From: Acidobacteriota bacterium
GTDB taxonomy: Bacteria; Acidobacteriota; UBA890; WLXD01
Direction of reading: 5' to 3'
Assembly (NCBI GenBank): GCA_963666215.2
Contig: CAXWPL010000001.1
Location: 512,001 to 576,000, forward strand
Length of the DNA stretch: 64,000 bases
A program made the position numbers and the translations under genes. Each line of letters starts with the position of its first letter. Position 1 is the stretch's first letter. The notes beneath the pieces are model-generated. The model saw nothing but the letters and a program-made list of their open reading frames with translations. It did no database searches and was not told where the DNA came from. Shown here piece by piece: positions 37,546 to 47,636 of the stretch.

Positions 37546-38298
37546 CTAGCTTCCGGAGCCGGCCTCGATGCGAGTGTAGTAGCCGTCGAACCAAACAGCC
37601 CAGGTCTCGCCACCGTCAAGCGACTCCTCGATGAACTGGCGCACGCGTCCGTCGTCGAGCGGCGTGTACGTCTCCTTGAACGCACGCACCTCGCCAGTCG
37701 GCAGGATGTGCCTGCCGGTGAAGGCCATCGATCCGTCGACGAGATCGCCTTCGATCGGAATCAGGTTGCCGCCGCCATCAATCCAGAGCTGACGCCACTT
37801 GTTGGTGCTCGGGTCGAAGTAGTTGAAGCTCTTGCCTTCGCCGCCTTGTGCGCTCGTCCATTGCTCGAAGACGGTGCAACCATTGAGTGCCTTGGTGATG
37901 CTGTTATGGCCCGCGAGTTGCCCCCTGGGGCCATGCACCTCCCACTCGCCGACCCAAAAATCGAAGTGCGTGTAGCGCTCGTCGTTCAGGCAAGGCTGCG
38001 GGTTCTGCGGCATCTCCGCACGAGCCGGGGCGAGGTGATCGCCGCCACGCAGAGGCCCGGGGCTGTGGGTGGGGTTGGAGCCCACGAGGCTGCCGGCGAA
38101 CCCCCGATCCGCCAACCGCTGCAGGCGGACGGAAACGTTGTCCGCGCTGGCCGCAGACTCTTGTGCCACAGCCAGGCCTGACTGACTCACAATAAGCGCG
38201 GACGCGATGACGGTTGCGACGCCTGCCAGTCGGGCCACGCGCGCGCCCGACGCCGAGGTGCAGACGAGACGCGTGGCGTGAATTTTCTCGTGGGTCAT
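37546..38298 (-). CDS. Exported hypothetical protein with FDFWVGEW (DUF1579-like) domain
   Basis: Signal peptide; FDFWVGEW..GKSFNYFD..WRQLWID..SLDGGETW. Confidence 0.7.
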   Translation of the reverse strand: MTHEKIHATRLVCTSASGARVARLAGVATVIASALIVSQSGLAVAQESAASADNVSVRLQRLADRGFAGSLVGSNPTHSPGPLRGGDHLAPARAEMPQNPQPCLNDERYTHFDFWVGEWEVHGPRGQLAGHNSITKALNGCTVFEQWTSAQGGEGKSFNYFDPSTNKWRQLWIDGGGNLIPIEGDLVDGSMAFTGRHILPTGEVRAFKETYTPLDDGRVRQFIEESLDGGETWAVWFDGYYTRIEAGSGS

Positions 38299-38545
38299 GA
38301 TTCAGCTCCGGGAATCGGCTGGCTCCGATGGCCGGCTAGAAATGGCTCGGTTCACCACACTGCCATCCAAGCCCGCCGCGAGCCCGGCCGCCAGTATCTC
38401 GAGATCTTTGTCGGAGGATTTCTGGCAGGCCGAGCGCGTCGTTGAGCGGCTCGGGGTTGGCGTTTACCATGAGCGCGCGACTGACCACGTCGCTACCGAC
38501 GCCTGAGCTCGACGGGCTCGAACACCGCGAGGAGCACGCAACAGA

Positions 38546-39091
38546 ATGGCGATACTCGATTGGCTGCGCGGCAAGGGGAACGGCCCTGACGATCCCGAGT
38601 CCGCAGCGATACGCGAGTCGGAAGTGGCCACGGTACGCAAGATCGCCCGCGAGCTCGATGCGATCGACAAGATCGATTCGGGCACAGCTCGCTATATCGC
38701 GTGCTTCGCATACATCCTCGGCCGCGTCGCACACGCCGACCTCGACATCAGCGAGGAAGAAACGATGGCGATGGAGCACCTGGTGGCCGAGCGTGCCGGG
38801 CTGCCCGAAACTCACGCGGTGCTCGTGGTGCAAATGGCAAAAACGCACAACCAGCTGTTTGGCGGCACCGAGAACTACCTGGTAACCCGCGAGTTCGACG
38901 AGATCGCCACCCGCGACGACAAGCTGGCGCTGCTCGATTGCCTGTACGCCGTTTCGGCCGCCGACGAATCAATTTCCGCGATCGAGGACGCCGAGATCCG
39001 CAAGATCGCCAGCGAGCTCAAACTTTCGCATCGCGACTTCATCACCACGAGAATGGGCTATACGGAGCACCTCTCCGTTCTGAAAGACTAG
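38546..39091 (+). CDS. TerB-family protein
   Basis: RVAHADLDISEEE, LYAVSAAD.SIS..E..EIRKIA. Confidence 0.85.
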   Translation: MAILDWLRGKGNGPDDPESAAIRESEVATVRKIARELDAIDKIDSGTARYIACFAYILGRVAHADLDISEEETMAMEHLVAERAGLPETHAVLVVQMAKTHNQLFGGTENYLVTREFDEIATRDDKLALLDCLYAVSAADESISAIEDAEIRKIASELKLSHRDFITTRMGYTEHLSVLKD

Positions 39092-39098
39092 CGAGTCC

Positions 39099-40886
39099 AT
39101 GCAGCTCGCCACGCTCGACTGGCTGATCGTCTTCGGCTTCCTGGCAGTGTCGCTGGCAATCGGTCTCTTTGTATCGAACCGAGCCGGATCGAGCTCGACC
39201 GAGTTCTTCCTCTCGGGGCGCGGCATGCCGTGGTGGCTGCTCGGCGTGTCGATGGTGGCAACCACCTTCTCGACCGACACCCCGAACCTCGTGGCCGACA
39301 TCGTCCGCACCAACGGCGTGTCGGGCAACTGGGTGTGGTGGGCCATGCTGCTCACCGGAATGCTCACGACGTTCGTCTACGCCAGGCTGTGGCGCCGCTC
39401 GGGCGTGACCACCGACATCGAGTTCTACGAGCTGAGGTACTCGGGACGATCTGCCGCCTTCTTGCGTGGTTTCCGCGCGCTCTACCTGGGCGTCTTCTTC
39501 AACGTGATGATCATGGCCTCGGTGACCCTGGCGGCCATCAAGATCGGCGGCGTCATGCTCGGCCTCGACCCGCTGCCGACCGTACTCATCGCCGGCACCG
39601 TGACCCTGGCGTACTCGATGCTCGGAGGGCTCACAGGGGTCATCCTGACCGACTTCCTGCAGTTCGGTCTGGCAATGATCGGCTCCGTGGCAGCGGCGGT
39701 GTATGCCGTCGGCCGCCCCGAGGTCGGTGGGCTATCGGCCCTGCTGTCGAGCCCGGAGCTGCAGGGGAAGCTGTCGATCCTCCCCGATTTCTCCGACGGC
39801 ACCCACGCCTGGGCGGTGTTCGTGATTCCACTGACGGTGCAGTGGTGGTCGGTCTGGTACCCGGGAGCCGAGCCGGGCGGCGGCGGCTACATCGCTCAGC
39901 GCATGCTGGCCGCCAAGAACGAGTCACACGCCCAAGGCGCGACGCTGCTCTTCAACGTTGCCCACTACGCCCTGCGACCTTGGCCATGGATCATCGTGGC
40001 GCTGTCGTCGATTCTCGTCTTCCCCGACCTCGAGTCGCTACGCGCCGCGTTCCCGCTGGTGGATCCTTCAGTCGTCCAGAACGACCTGGCCTACCCGGCC
40101 ATGCTGACGTTTCTGCCCACCGGATTGCTGGGATTGGTCGTCGCCTCGCTCGTGGCGGCCTACATGTCGACGATCTCGACGCACCTCAACTGGGGCGCCT
40201 CCTACATCGTCAACGACACGTACAAGCGATTCGTGAAGCCCGAAGCCAGCGAGGCCGAGCTGGTGCGCGTGGGGCGCCTTTCGACCGCCGCGCTCATGAT
40301 CCTGGCGGGCGCGGTTTCGCTGGTGCTGAGCAACGCCCTGCAGGCATTCCAGATTCTGCTGCAGATCGGCGCCGGCACCGGACTGCTATTCATCCTTCGC
40401 TGGTTCTGGTGGCGCATCAACGCCGCCAGCGAGATCGTCGCGATGGTGGTGTCGTTCGCCGTCGCGGTCTACTTCCAGTTTGTCCACGCCAGCCTCGGCG
40501 GAGCACCTCTCGAAGCGACGACGCAGCTGATTATCGGCGTGGCGATCACGACCGTAGCCTGGGTGTCTGTGGCGCTCTTCGCGGCCCCCACCGACGACGA
40601 GACTCTGCGCAGCTTCTACCGCGCAATCCGCCCCGGCGGACCGGGCTGGGCTGCTGTTGTCGCCAAGGCCGCACAGGCCGATACCCAGCTCGAAGTCGGG
40701 TCCAACACGGCCGCCGCTAGCGCACCCACCGCGCTGCTGTGCGTGGTCCTCGGGTCGCTGGCCGTGTACGCCACTCTCTTCGGCACGGGCTACGCGCTGT
40801 ATGGCAACACCGGGCTCGCGCTGGGCTTGTTTGCGGTGGCGGCAGCCGCGACCTCTATGATCCATCGGTTATGGCGGGCGCTTTGA
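39099..40886 (+). CDS. Sodium:solute symporter
   Basis: EFFLSGR, SMVATTFSTDTP, QRMLAAK, multiple TM helices. Confidence 0.92.
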   Translation: MQLATLDWLIVFGFLAVSLAIGLFVSNRAGSSSTEFFLSGRGMPWWLLGVSMVATTFSTDTPNLVADIVRTNGVSGNWVWWAMLLTGMLTTFVYARLWRRSGVTTDIEFYELRYSGRSAAFLRGFRALYLGVFFNVMIMASVTLAAIKIGGVMLGLDPLPTVLIAGTVTLAYSMLGGLTGVILTDFLQFGLAMIGSVAAAVYAVGRPEVGGLSALLSSPELQGKLSILPDFSDGTHAWAVFVIPLTVQWWSVWYPGAEPGGGGYIAQRMLAAKNESHAQGATLLFNVAHYALRPWPWIIVALSSILVFPDLESLRAAFPLVDPSVVQNDLAYPAMLTFLPTGLLGLVVASLVAAYMSTISTHLNWGASYIVNDTYKRFVKPEASEAELVRVGRLSTAALMILAGAVSLVLSNALQAFQILLQIGAGTGLLFILRWFWWRINAASEIVAMVVSFAVAVYFQFVHASLGGAPLEATTQLIIGVAITTVAWVSVALFAAPTDDETLRSFYRAIRPGGPGWAAVVAKAAQADTQLEVGSNTAAASAPTALLCVVLGSLAVYATLFGTGYALYGNTGLALGLFAVAAAATSMIHRLWRAL

Positions 40887-40938
40887 ATTGGGCGACGTTG
40901 AGTTAGGTCGTGTTGCTCGGCAGCGGGAGGGGAAGCGC

Positions 40939-41262
40939 GTGAAGGAATTCGATCGCATTGGCGACGAGCTCGAGCGTCGATGGCGGGCGCTTAACTACGA
41001 CGCTGGGGTGTTTCCCGAGCTGGCCGTGAATGTGCTCGAGCAGAACGCTCCCGCCGAGCACGTTGATCCTTGGGACGTGATCCGCTGGCTGTTCACCACG
41101 CCGAGCATCCCGCGTCAATTCGACGTGCCGGGCAACTTCGGCCAGCCGCCGATCACCGTCTACGACGGCCCTCGCTTCTGCATCGACGTCTACTACTCTA
41201 CTCAGCGGCGGCGTGTCCTATGCGGATGTAGCTTCGGGCCCGTCTCGAGCGAACGCTTTTGA
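40939..41262 (+). pseudogene. Probably 3'-truncated hypothetical protein
   Basis: GGAGG RBS; coding-like up to FGQPPITVYDGPRFCIDVYY, then degenerates. Confidence 0.45.
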
Positions 41263-41364
41263 GTGACGACGCCCGCTTTCCGCCGCCTTTGAACGGACGG
41301 GAGGCGAGCAACGTCTCCCGAACAACCTCCGATGTCCGGCTACGAACGACCCGCCGCGTCTGAG

Positions 41365-43155
41365 CTACTCGACCGAGAAGCTCGACATCATCCCGGCGTG
41401 CAGATGCTCCGCAATATGACAGTGGAGCATCCATTCTCCCGGGTTGTCGATATCGACGAGGATGTCGATCGTCGAGGCCACCGGCACGATCGCCGTGTCC
41501 TTCCAGACGAGGTTCGGGTTGCGGACGCCGTCCATCTCGAGCACCAGGTAGCGCTGCCCGTGAACGTGGATCGGATGGTTCATCGGATGGATCGTGGTGG
41601 GGTCGTTGAAGATGCGGATCTTGACGACATCGCCCGCCTCGAACTTCCAGCCGATGTCCATGTTCTCGCGACCCGTATCGGGATCTCGCAGGATCCAGCT
41701 GACCTGCTTGCCCGTCGATAGCCAGTTCATCATCGGCATCGTGTCGTTCCATTCCATGGGCGGAACGTAGAGGCCTTTTTCGAATTCCAACGAGAGAATG
41801 ATCGGCAGCGGCAGATTCTGCACCCTCAGCGACAGCTCCAGGCGATGGTCGGGCTCGCGATCGAAGTACTGGCGGTAGGCATCGATGTCGCTGACGACGT
41901 CGCCGTTTTCACGCAGTTCTCGATAGGAAGAGCCGAGGTCCGGAACGGCGGCGGTTGAGCCAACAGTCACGGTCCCCAGCCGATCGACGTGTGGGTAGAA
42001 CTCGCCGCGGAAGTGGTTGATGGCCTGAATCGTGTTGCTGATCTCGAACTCGCCGGGTTCCTCGAAACGGACGTCGACGATGTAGCGCTCTGCCGGCGCG
42101 ATGACCACGCTCTCGATCCACTCCTCGCGCTCGAACTTGCTGACGTCGGAAGCAACGAGCTTCACCGGGTTGCCACCGAAGGTCACATTGAACGTGCGTG
42201 AGTTGGCGACGTTGGTCAGGTAAAACCGCACGACTTCGCCGCGACTTACCTCGAGCTCGTATTCAGTGGTCCCATTGACCAGCATGACGTTGCCGAAGCG
42301 GCCCATCAGCGTGTGGCTCGGAGCGTCGTCGCCAAACGGAATCAGGCCGCGGTCGTCCATCAGCACATCGTCGAGAATGACCACTGCCTCGCGATGCGCC
42401 GGACCGTAGAAATCGGGATCGGGCGAGGCAACGAGCAGGTTGCCGTAGAGCCCGAGGTCCTGCTGGATGTCCTCGCGCACGTGCGGGTGGTACCAGTAGA
42501 CACCGGAATCGCGGAAGTGGATCTCGTAGGTGAACGACTCACCCGGACGCACGGGCGCCTGGGTCACGTCGGGCACGCCGTCGAAGCGATTGTCGAGCCG
42601 GATGCCGTGCCAGTGAACCGTTGTCGGCATCTCGATCTCGTTGATGAAGTCGACGAACACCGTGGCGCCCTGCGGCGCCTTGATCAGCGGCCCGGGGTAC
42701 TGGCCGTTGTAACCGAACATCACGAGCTCGTGGCCGTTGATGGTGCGCCGAACGAACGAGGCTCGGAGCTCCACCCGCTCTCCGTCGGAGGCGTCGATGA
42801 TCTGGTTGGGCACCGCCTCGGGGAACATCTTCGGGTCCATGCCGCTGCCGGCGAGCCATGGCTCCACCGGAGGCACCTCGCCCTCGAGCCCCGGCATCAT
42901 CGGCATGTTCATATCCATGGGCGGCATGCGCCACGCCAGCGCGCCGTCGGCAGCCGGGCCCATGTGCATCGTGTGATCCATCTGCTGCGGCTGCGGCTCC
43001 TGCCCGGCCGGCGGCTTTTGCTGGGCCAGCACTCCCGAGGCAACGAGACCGCCGAAAACGGCTGCGGCTCCCAGCACGAGCGTGGTAGCTCGAAGACCGC
43101 GAGCGTGCGGCGCACTGCCCACACCGGATGCATCTCGGGATTGACGGATCATCAT
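41365..43155 (-). CDS. Multicopper oxidase with Met/His-rich N-terminus
   Basis: HWHG, WYHPH, HPIHVHG, HCHIAEH...M copper motifs. Confidence 0.93.
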   Translation of the reverse strand: MMIRQSRDASGVGSAPHARGLRATTLVLGAAAVFGGLVASGVLAQQKPPAGQEPQPQQMDHTMHMGPAADGALAWRMPPMDMNMPMMPGLEGEVPPVEPWLAGSGMDPKMFPEAVPNQIIDASDGERVELRASFVRRTINGHELVMFGYNGQYPGPLIKAPQGATVFVDFINEIEMPTTVHWHGIRLDNRFDGVPDVTQAPVRPGESFTYEIHFRDSGVYWYHPHVREDIQQDLGLYGNLLVASPDPDFYGPAHREAVVILDDVLMDDRGLIPFGDDAPSHTLMGRFGNVMLVNGTTEYELEVSRGEVVRFYLTNVANSRTFNVTFGGNPVKLVASDVSKFEREEWIESVVIAPAERYIVDVRFEEPGEFEISNTIQAINHFRGEFYPHVDRLGTVTVGSTAAVPDLGSSYRELRENGDVVSDIDAYRQYFDREPDHRLELSLRVQNLPLPIILSLEFEKGLYVPPMEWNDTMPMMNWLSTGKQVSWILRDPDTGRENMDIGWKFEAGDVVKIRIFNDPTTIHPMNHPIHVHGQRYLVLEMDGVRNPNLVWKDTAIVPVASTIDILVDIDNPGEWMLHCHIAEHLHAGMMSSFSVE

Positions 43156-43467
43156 GCGTTTGTACCACTCGGCGCCATCGGGCGCAGGGCCGGATGGCAA
43201 CCTATGCCAACTCCTGACGCCATCCCATCTGGCGATGTCGCCCCATCGCCCGCTGGAGCCGGACTTGACCGCGTGAGGGCAGCGCCGGAAATCGCGCGGG
43301 CCCTTCGTGGCCCGTCCGGACGCACTAACAAACAACAGGAGTCAGCCGTGATCAGGCCGCGCAGCTTGTGTCGCCGGCTGCCGCGCAACAACAGGTCGTA
43401 CTTCGTGCCCCCGGCCGCCGAAACGCGCGGACACCGTGGAAGGGGCGGGAACAGCGAGCGCGCGGGC

Positions 43468-44196
43468 TCAGTTGTAGCCGTAGACGGCGCAGGGCTCCTG
43501 CTGGTACGGGCCGTGGCCTGCCATCGTATGCAGGAGTCCACTGCGCGAAAGTCCACGTGCGACGATCGCGCCCGACCATCGATCGCCGATCTCCCCTAGT
43601 GTTTCGAGGCTGATCGCTACGATGTACTTGTTCCAGGTCACGGTGCCCGACGTCCGCATCGAGCCCTCCGACGTTGCGAGCTCATCGCCGGCGCCGAGCA
43701 CACCCAGACGCCGAACCTCCGTCAGATCCGACTTCGCCACCCAGGCCACGAACACGTGCCCTGCGGGAGCGACGGCCTCGCGCAACTCGACGTCGAGCGA
43801 GTAGCGGTACCGACCCTCGGGAGAGATCGATACGCCGAAGGGCGAACGGACGAAGGTCGCGGCCACCGTTCCGCTAGCATCGCGCGCGCCGGTGACACGC
43901 TTGGTCGAAACCAGGTTGATGGCGTAGTACGTAGGGGCAGTGCTCGGCTCGCCGGCGAGCGAGCTCGAACTGCACACGGCGGGCAACGGCACGAACGGCG
44001 CGCCAAGCTCTGCTGTGGAGAGTGCCGGCACGGCGGCCGCGGTCGTCGCCGTCGCAACATCAGCGCCGGCCACCCAAATGGCCCCGCACAGCGCCGTCGC
44101 GCCGAGAGCGCGCGACAACGGTCCGCGGACGAGCTCGCCGATCCTGATCGGCCACCCGGGCCTACGTCCGCTCAGGCTGCGTGCCAGCAGCACCAC
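43468..44196 (-). CDS. Hypothetical exported protein
   Basis: Starts 2 bp after the LVIVD gene stop; signal-like segment; C-terminal HTMAGHGP..C. Confidence 0.65.
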   Translation of the reverse strand: MVLLARSLSGRRPGWPIRIGELVRGPLSRALGATALCGAIWVAGADVATATTAAAVPALSTAELGAPFVPLPAVCSSSSLAGEPSTAPTYYAINLVSTKRVTGARDASGTVAATFVRSPFGVSISPEGRYRYSLDVELREAVAPAGHVFVAWVAKSDLTEVRRLGVLGAGDELATSEGSMRTSGTVTWNKYIVAISLETLGEIGDRWSGAIVARGLSRSGLLHTMAGHGPYQQEPCAVYGYN

Positions 44197-44198
44197 CG

Positions 44199-45566
44199 CT
44201 ACTCCCGGCCCTCGTCGTCGGAGGTGAAGTCCCAGTTCTGCGCGCTCGAGATGTCGGGCACGCCCCACTGGTCGCCGCTCCACCCCTGGAAGCCATCCAT
44301 GCGGAAAGCCCAGAATCCGGTGCTCATATCGGAGCCCACGATCAGCCCATCGGCATTGCGCACGTCAACACCGAACAGACCGTTGAACATCGCCGGCTTC
44401 CCGGGCACCGGTCCACCGAGGTAGGTGTCGTAGTACGCCACGGTCGCGGGGTTCTTCGGATCCATCAGTGTGAAGATCTGCAAGCCGTCGTGGTAGCCGG
44501 AAACGAACACATACGGCCAGCGCACCTCGTGGTTGTGAACGAGATTGCGCCAGTCGGCCGTCCAGGCGCTGATGGGCCGCCGGATGTTGGAGGTTTCACC
44601 GTCCAGCGCCGGCTTCAGGTCGAAGATGCGCAGTGGCGCGTACTGGTACTCGGTTTCGGCGATGACGTAGCGCCCGTCGGGGCTCGGCGTGAACGTGTGC
44701 CCATAGCGCACGCCGCTGATGTTGCTCAGCGTGATCTCGAGCTGCGGGTTCTCCAGGTCGGTGACGTTGTAGACGTAGTAGCCGTCGGTACCTCCGCCGT
44801 AGAAGCGATCCTGCTGCGTGTCCTCATGCCAGCCCACGTACATATCGTGGTAGCCGCGCCGCCCGCTGGTCGCCTCGGCCGCGCCCACCGGCACGCGCGC
44901 CACCAACGCGTCGTCCATATGGCCTTCGACCACGTGGGCCATGTCGTAGACGTGCGAGTAGGGCCCACTGACGGTAGTGAACAGCAGCGGCCGGCCGTTC
45001 GAGTGGCGGTACATGAAGATGTTGTGGAAGCCGCCCGGATGGTCCGGGGCATGGATCCTGGCGACCTCACGAACTGTGGAGACGTCCGGCAATCCCGTGA
45101 CGTCGAGCACCACGGCACCCATGTCGCCATCGGGGCCACCCTGGCCGAACTGCGTCGACTGCACGACGTAGTAGCGGCCGTCCCACTTGAAGTACTTCAC
45201 GTCCATGCCGCCGAGCGGCAGGTGTAGATCCTGGTCGTTGATGCGCCACTCGTAGATGACCTTCGGGTTGCGCGGATCGTGCAGATCGATGATGTCCATG
45301 CCCTTCTCGCCCGCGAATCCGTACACCATGCGGCCGACGTAGGCGTAGGGGCGATCCATCTCCTGCTCGAGCTCGATATCCGAGACGTTGAGGATCGGGC
45401 CCAGCGGCAGGTGCGCGAGCACCTCGATGTTGTCGCTGCCCGGCTTGTCGGGCGTCCACTGCTGGGCTGCCGCCGAAGCAGACAGCGCCACAACCACGAG
45501 AATCGCCAACATCGGAACGCCAGCGTGGTCCCAGGCTCGGCGGGAACCCAACAACAACGACATCAC
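44199..45566 (-). CDS. LVIVD-repeat-like secreted beta-propeller protein
   Basis: Signal peptide; repeats IIDLHDPRNP, VYNVTDLENP, LMDPKNP; HNIF, HDMYV, HNHEV. Confidence 0.75.
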   Translation of the reverse strand: MMSLLLGSRRAWDHAGVPMLAILVVVALSASAAAQQWTPDKPGSDNIEVLAHLPLGPILNVSDIELEQEMDRPYAYVGRMVYGFAGEKGMDIIDLHDPRNPKVIYEWRINDQDLHLPLGGMDVKYFKWDGRYYVVQSTQFGQGGPDGDMGAVVLDVTGLPDVSTVREVARIHAPDHPGGFHNIFMYRHSNGRPLLFTTVSGPYSHVYDMAHVVEGHMDDALVARVPVGAAEATSGRRGYHDMYVGWHEDTQQDRFYGGGTDGYYVYNVTDLENPQLEITLSNISGVRYGHTFTPSPDGRYVIAETEYQYAPLRIFDLKPALDGETSNIRRPISAWTADWRNLVHNHEVRWPYVFVSGYHDGLQIFTLMDPKNPATVAYYDTYLGGPVPGKPAMFNGLFGVDVRNADGLIVGSDMSTGFWAFRMDGFQGWSGDQWGVPDISSAQNWDFTSDDEGRE

Positions 45567-45691
45567 TTCACCTCGACGGATCGGAGAGGGTGGGGCGCGG
45601 AATGGTGCTCACAGCGTCAGCGCACGATGCGCCCTATGGTACGCCTTGCGGGCGGCGCCGCCAGTCAGGCGCGACGCGATAATCTCGCATC

Positions 45692-47125
45692 ATGTCGCGC
45701 TTCGTCCCATTGACCCTCGCCGTCCTGGTCGCTGCCTCCGTCGGCGCGGCGTGCAGCCCGACGGGTACGCGGCAATCGCAGGCCGATCGCACATCGATCG
45801 TGCTGGTCGTGCTCGACACGGTGCGCGCCGATCATCTGGGGCTGTACGGCTACGAGCGCGCCACGACGCCGCGCCTGGAGGAGCTCGCGACCTCGGCGAT
45901 CGTCTATGACCGCGCCTATGCCACGGCCTCCTGGACACTGCCGACGATCGCCAGCATCCTCACCGGGCAAGCTGCCGGCGTGCATGGAGCCGGCTACTCG
46001 GTCGGCGGCGCTGCCCGCCCGACCCGCATGCGCACGAGCGTGCCGACGATCGCCGAGACGCTGAGGGCCTACGGCTACGCCACGGCCGCGGTTGTCAACG
46101 CGCCCTTTCTCGGGCCGATGTTCGGTTTCGACCGCGGCTTCGACGTTTACGACATCGAACGAGCCACCGACGAGTCGATTCGCCGCGCCGGACCGACCGT
46201 GGATGCCGCGCTCGAGTGGCTCGACTCTCTTGCCGCCAGCGACAGCGATGCAACGGAGGCGGATGACGGCGCAACAGCGGCCACATCGGAATCGCGACCC
46301 TTCTTTCTTCTCGTCCACCTCTTCGACGCCCACCGACACTTCGACGCACCACCCCCCTTCCGTGGTCGCTTCACCGATGTGTATCGCGATCGCTACGGCG
46401 AAACGCTCACAACGCTCGAGAGTCGGCTGCAGGCCGAGCGCGACGGCGACCTCGACTTCCACATCGCCGCGTACGACGAAGAGCTGGCGTACATCGACGC
46501 CGAGATCGGCCGGCTCGTCGATGAGCTACGTGAGCGCGACCTCTGGGACACCACAACCGTGGTGCTGACGGCCGACCACGGTGAGCAGCTGGGGGATCAC
46601 GACGAGGTCGGGCACGGAGTCGATGTGTACGACGAGCTCGTGCGCATTCCCCTACTGGTGTGGGCGCCGGGGGTCGAGGGCAGCCGCAGCTCGATACCGG
46701 TGTCTACCCTCGACATCGTGCCGACACTCCTCGATGCTGCGACGGTCGACTACCGGCCGCGGCTCCCGGGACAATCGTTGCTGCGCGGGCCACCGCCCTC
46801 GCCGACGAACGCTCCCTCAGACGAAGCCCGGCGAACGCTGCTGATCGAGAACCCGACTCCCGAGGGCGTGGCGCGGGCGCTGATCGAGTGGCCCCACAAG
46901 CTGATTGTCGACACGCAACGCGTTGCCGAGCTCTATGACCTGGCTCGTGATCCTGGGGAAACCAACGATCTCTTGGCCAACGAGCCTGGACGCGACGTCC
47001 GCCAGATCGCACGCCGGCTCCGGCAGTTGCTCGCCGCTGCCTCCCGGGGCGGCACGCGAGGCAACGCGGCGGCACTCGACGGACAAACGCTGGATGACCT
47101 GCGCGCCCTCGGCTATATCCAGTGA
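45692..47125 (+). CDS. Sulfatase-like hydrolase/transferase (lipoprotein)
   Basis: VLDTVRADH, WTLP..ASILTG, ADHGE, RIPL, LYDL..DPGE, LRALGY. Confidence 0.88.
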   Translation: MSRFVPLTLAVLVAASVGAACSPTGTRQSQADRTSIVLVVLDTVRADHLGLYGYERATTPRLEELATSAIVYDRAYATASWTLPTIASILTGQAAGVHGAGYSVGGAARPTRMRTSVPTIAETLRAYGYATAAVVNAPFLGPMFGFDRGFDVYDIERATDESIRRAGPTVDAALEWLDSLAASDSDATEADDGATAATSESRPFFLLVHLFDAHRHFDAPPPFRGRFTDVYRDRYGETLTTLESRLQAERDGDLDFHIAAYDEELAYIDAEIGRLVDELRERDLWDTTTVVLTADHGEQLGDHDEVGHGVDVYDELVRIPLLVWAPGVEGSRSSIPVSTLDIVPTLLDAATVDYRPRLPGQSLLRGPPPSPTNAPSDEARRTLLIENPTPEGVARALIEWPHKLIVDTQRVAELYDLARDPGETNDLLANEPGRDVRQIARRLRQLLAAASRGGTRGNAAALDGQTLDDLRALGYIQ

Positions 47126-47254
47126 GGGGTTGCGTGCATGCGTCGAGGTTTCGCGGCCAGCTGACGACGGGCACCCGATGGACACAGAATCGAAGACCAA
47201 CGGCTAGGCTTCATGACAACCAAGACGCCAAGTGACGACCCCAGGCCGCGCTGC

Positions 47255-47636
47255 ATGAAAGACACCCTCTACAGCTACGACGCCTACGGCCTCCGCTTCG
47301 AAATGCCATTCGAGTGCCCCGAGCTCGCGCCGGCGGTCGGCGAGCGCGCTCCCGACGTCGTCGTACGGTACGGCGAAGTCCCCGAGAAGATCGAGTCGGA
47401 GCAGGCCGGAGCCGTCTATGAGGCCAGCTCGACGCAGTTCCTCCTGCGCATCGACCAGGTGGCGCACTATCTCGTTGACGGCGCCAGCTCGATCACGATC
47501 GCGCCTCACCCGGGCGTCGATGACCTCAGCGTCCGCGTGTACCTTCTCGGATCGTGCTTGGCGGCGTTGCTGCACCATCGGGGCGTCCTGGCGCTGCACG
47601 CCAGTGCCATCCTCACCGACAAGGGCGCCGTGCTCC
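47255..47636 (+). pseudogene. N-terminal fragment of HPr-kinase-like protein
   Basis: Y.AYGL...PEL...LLGS.LAALLHHRG.LALHASAI..GAVL; ends before the expected Walker A. Confidence 0.65.
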
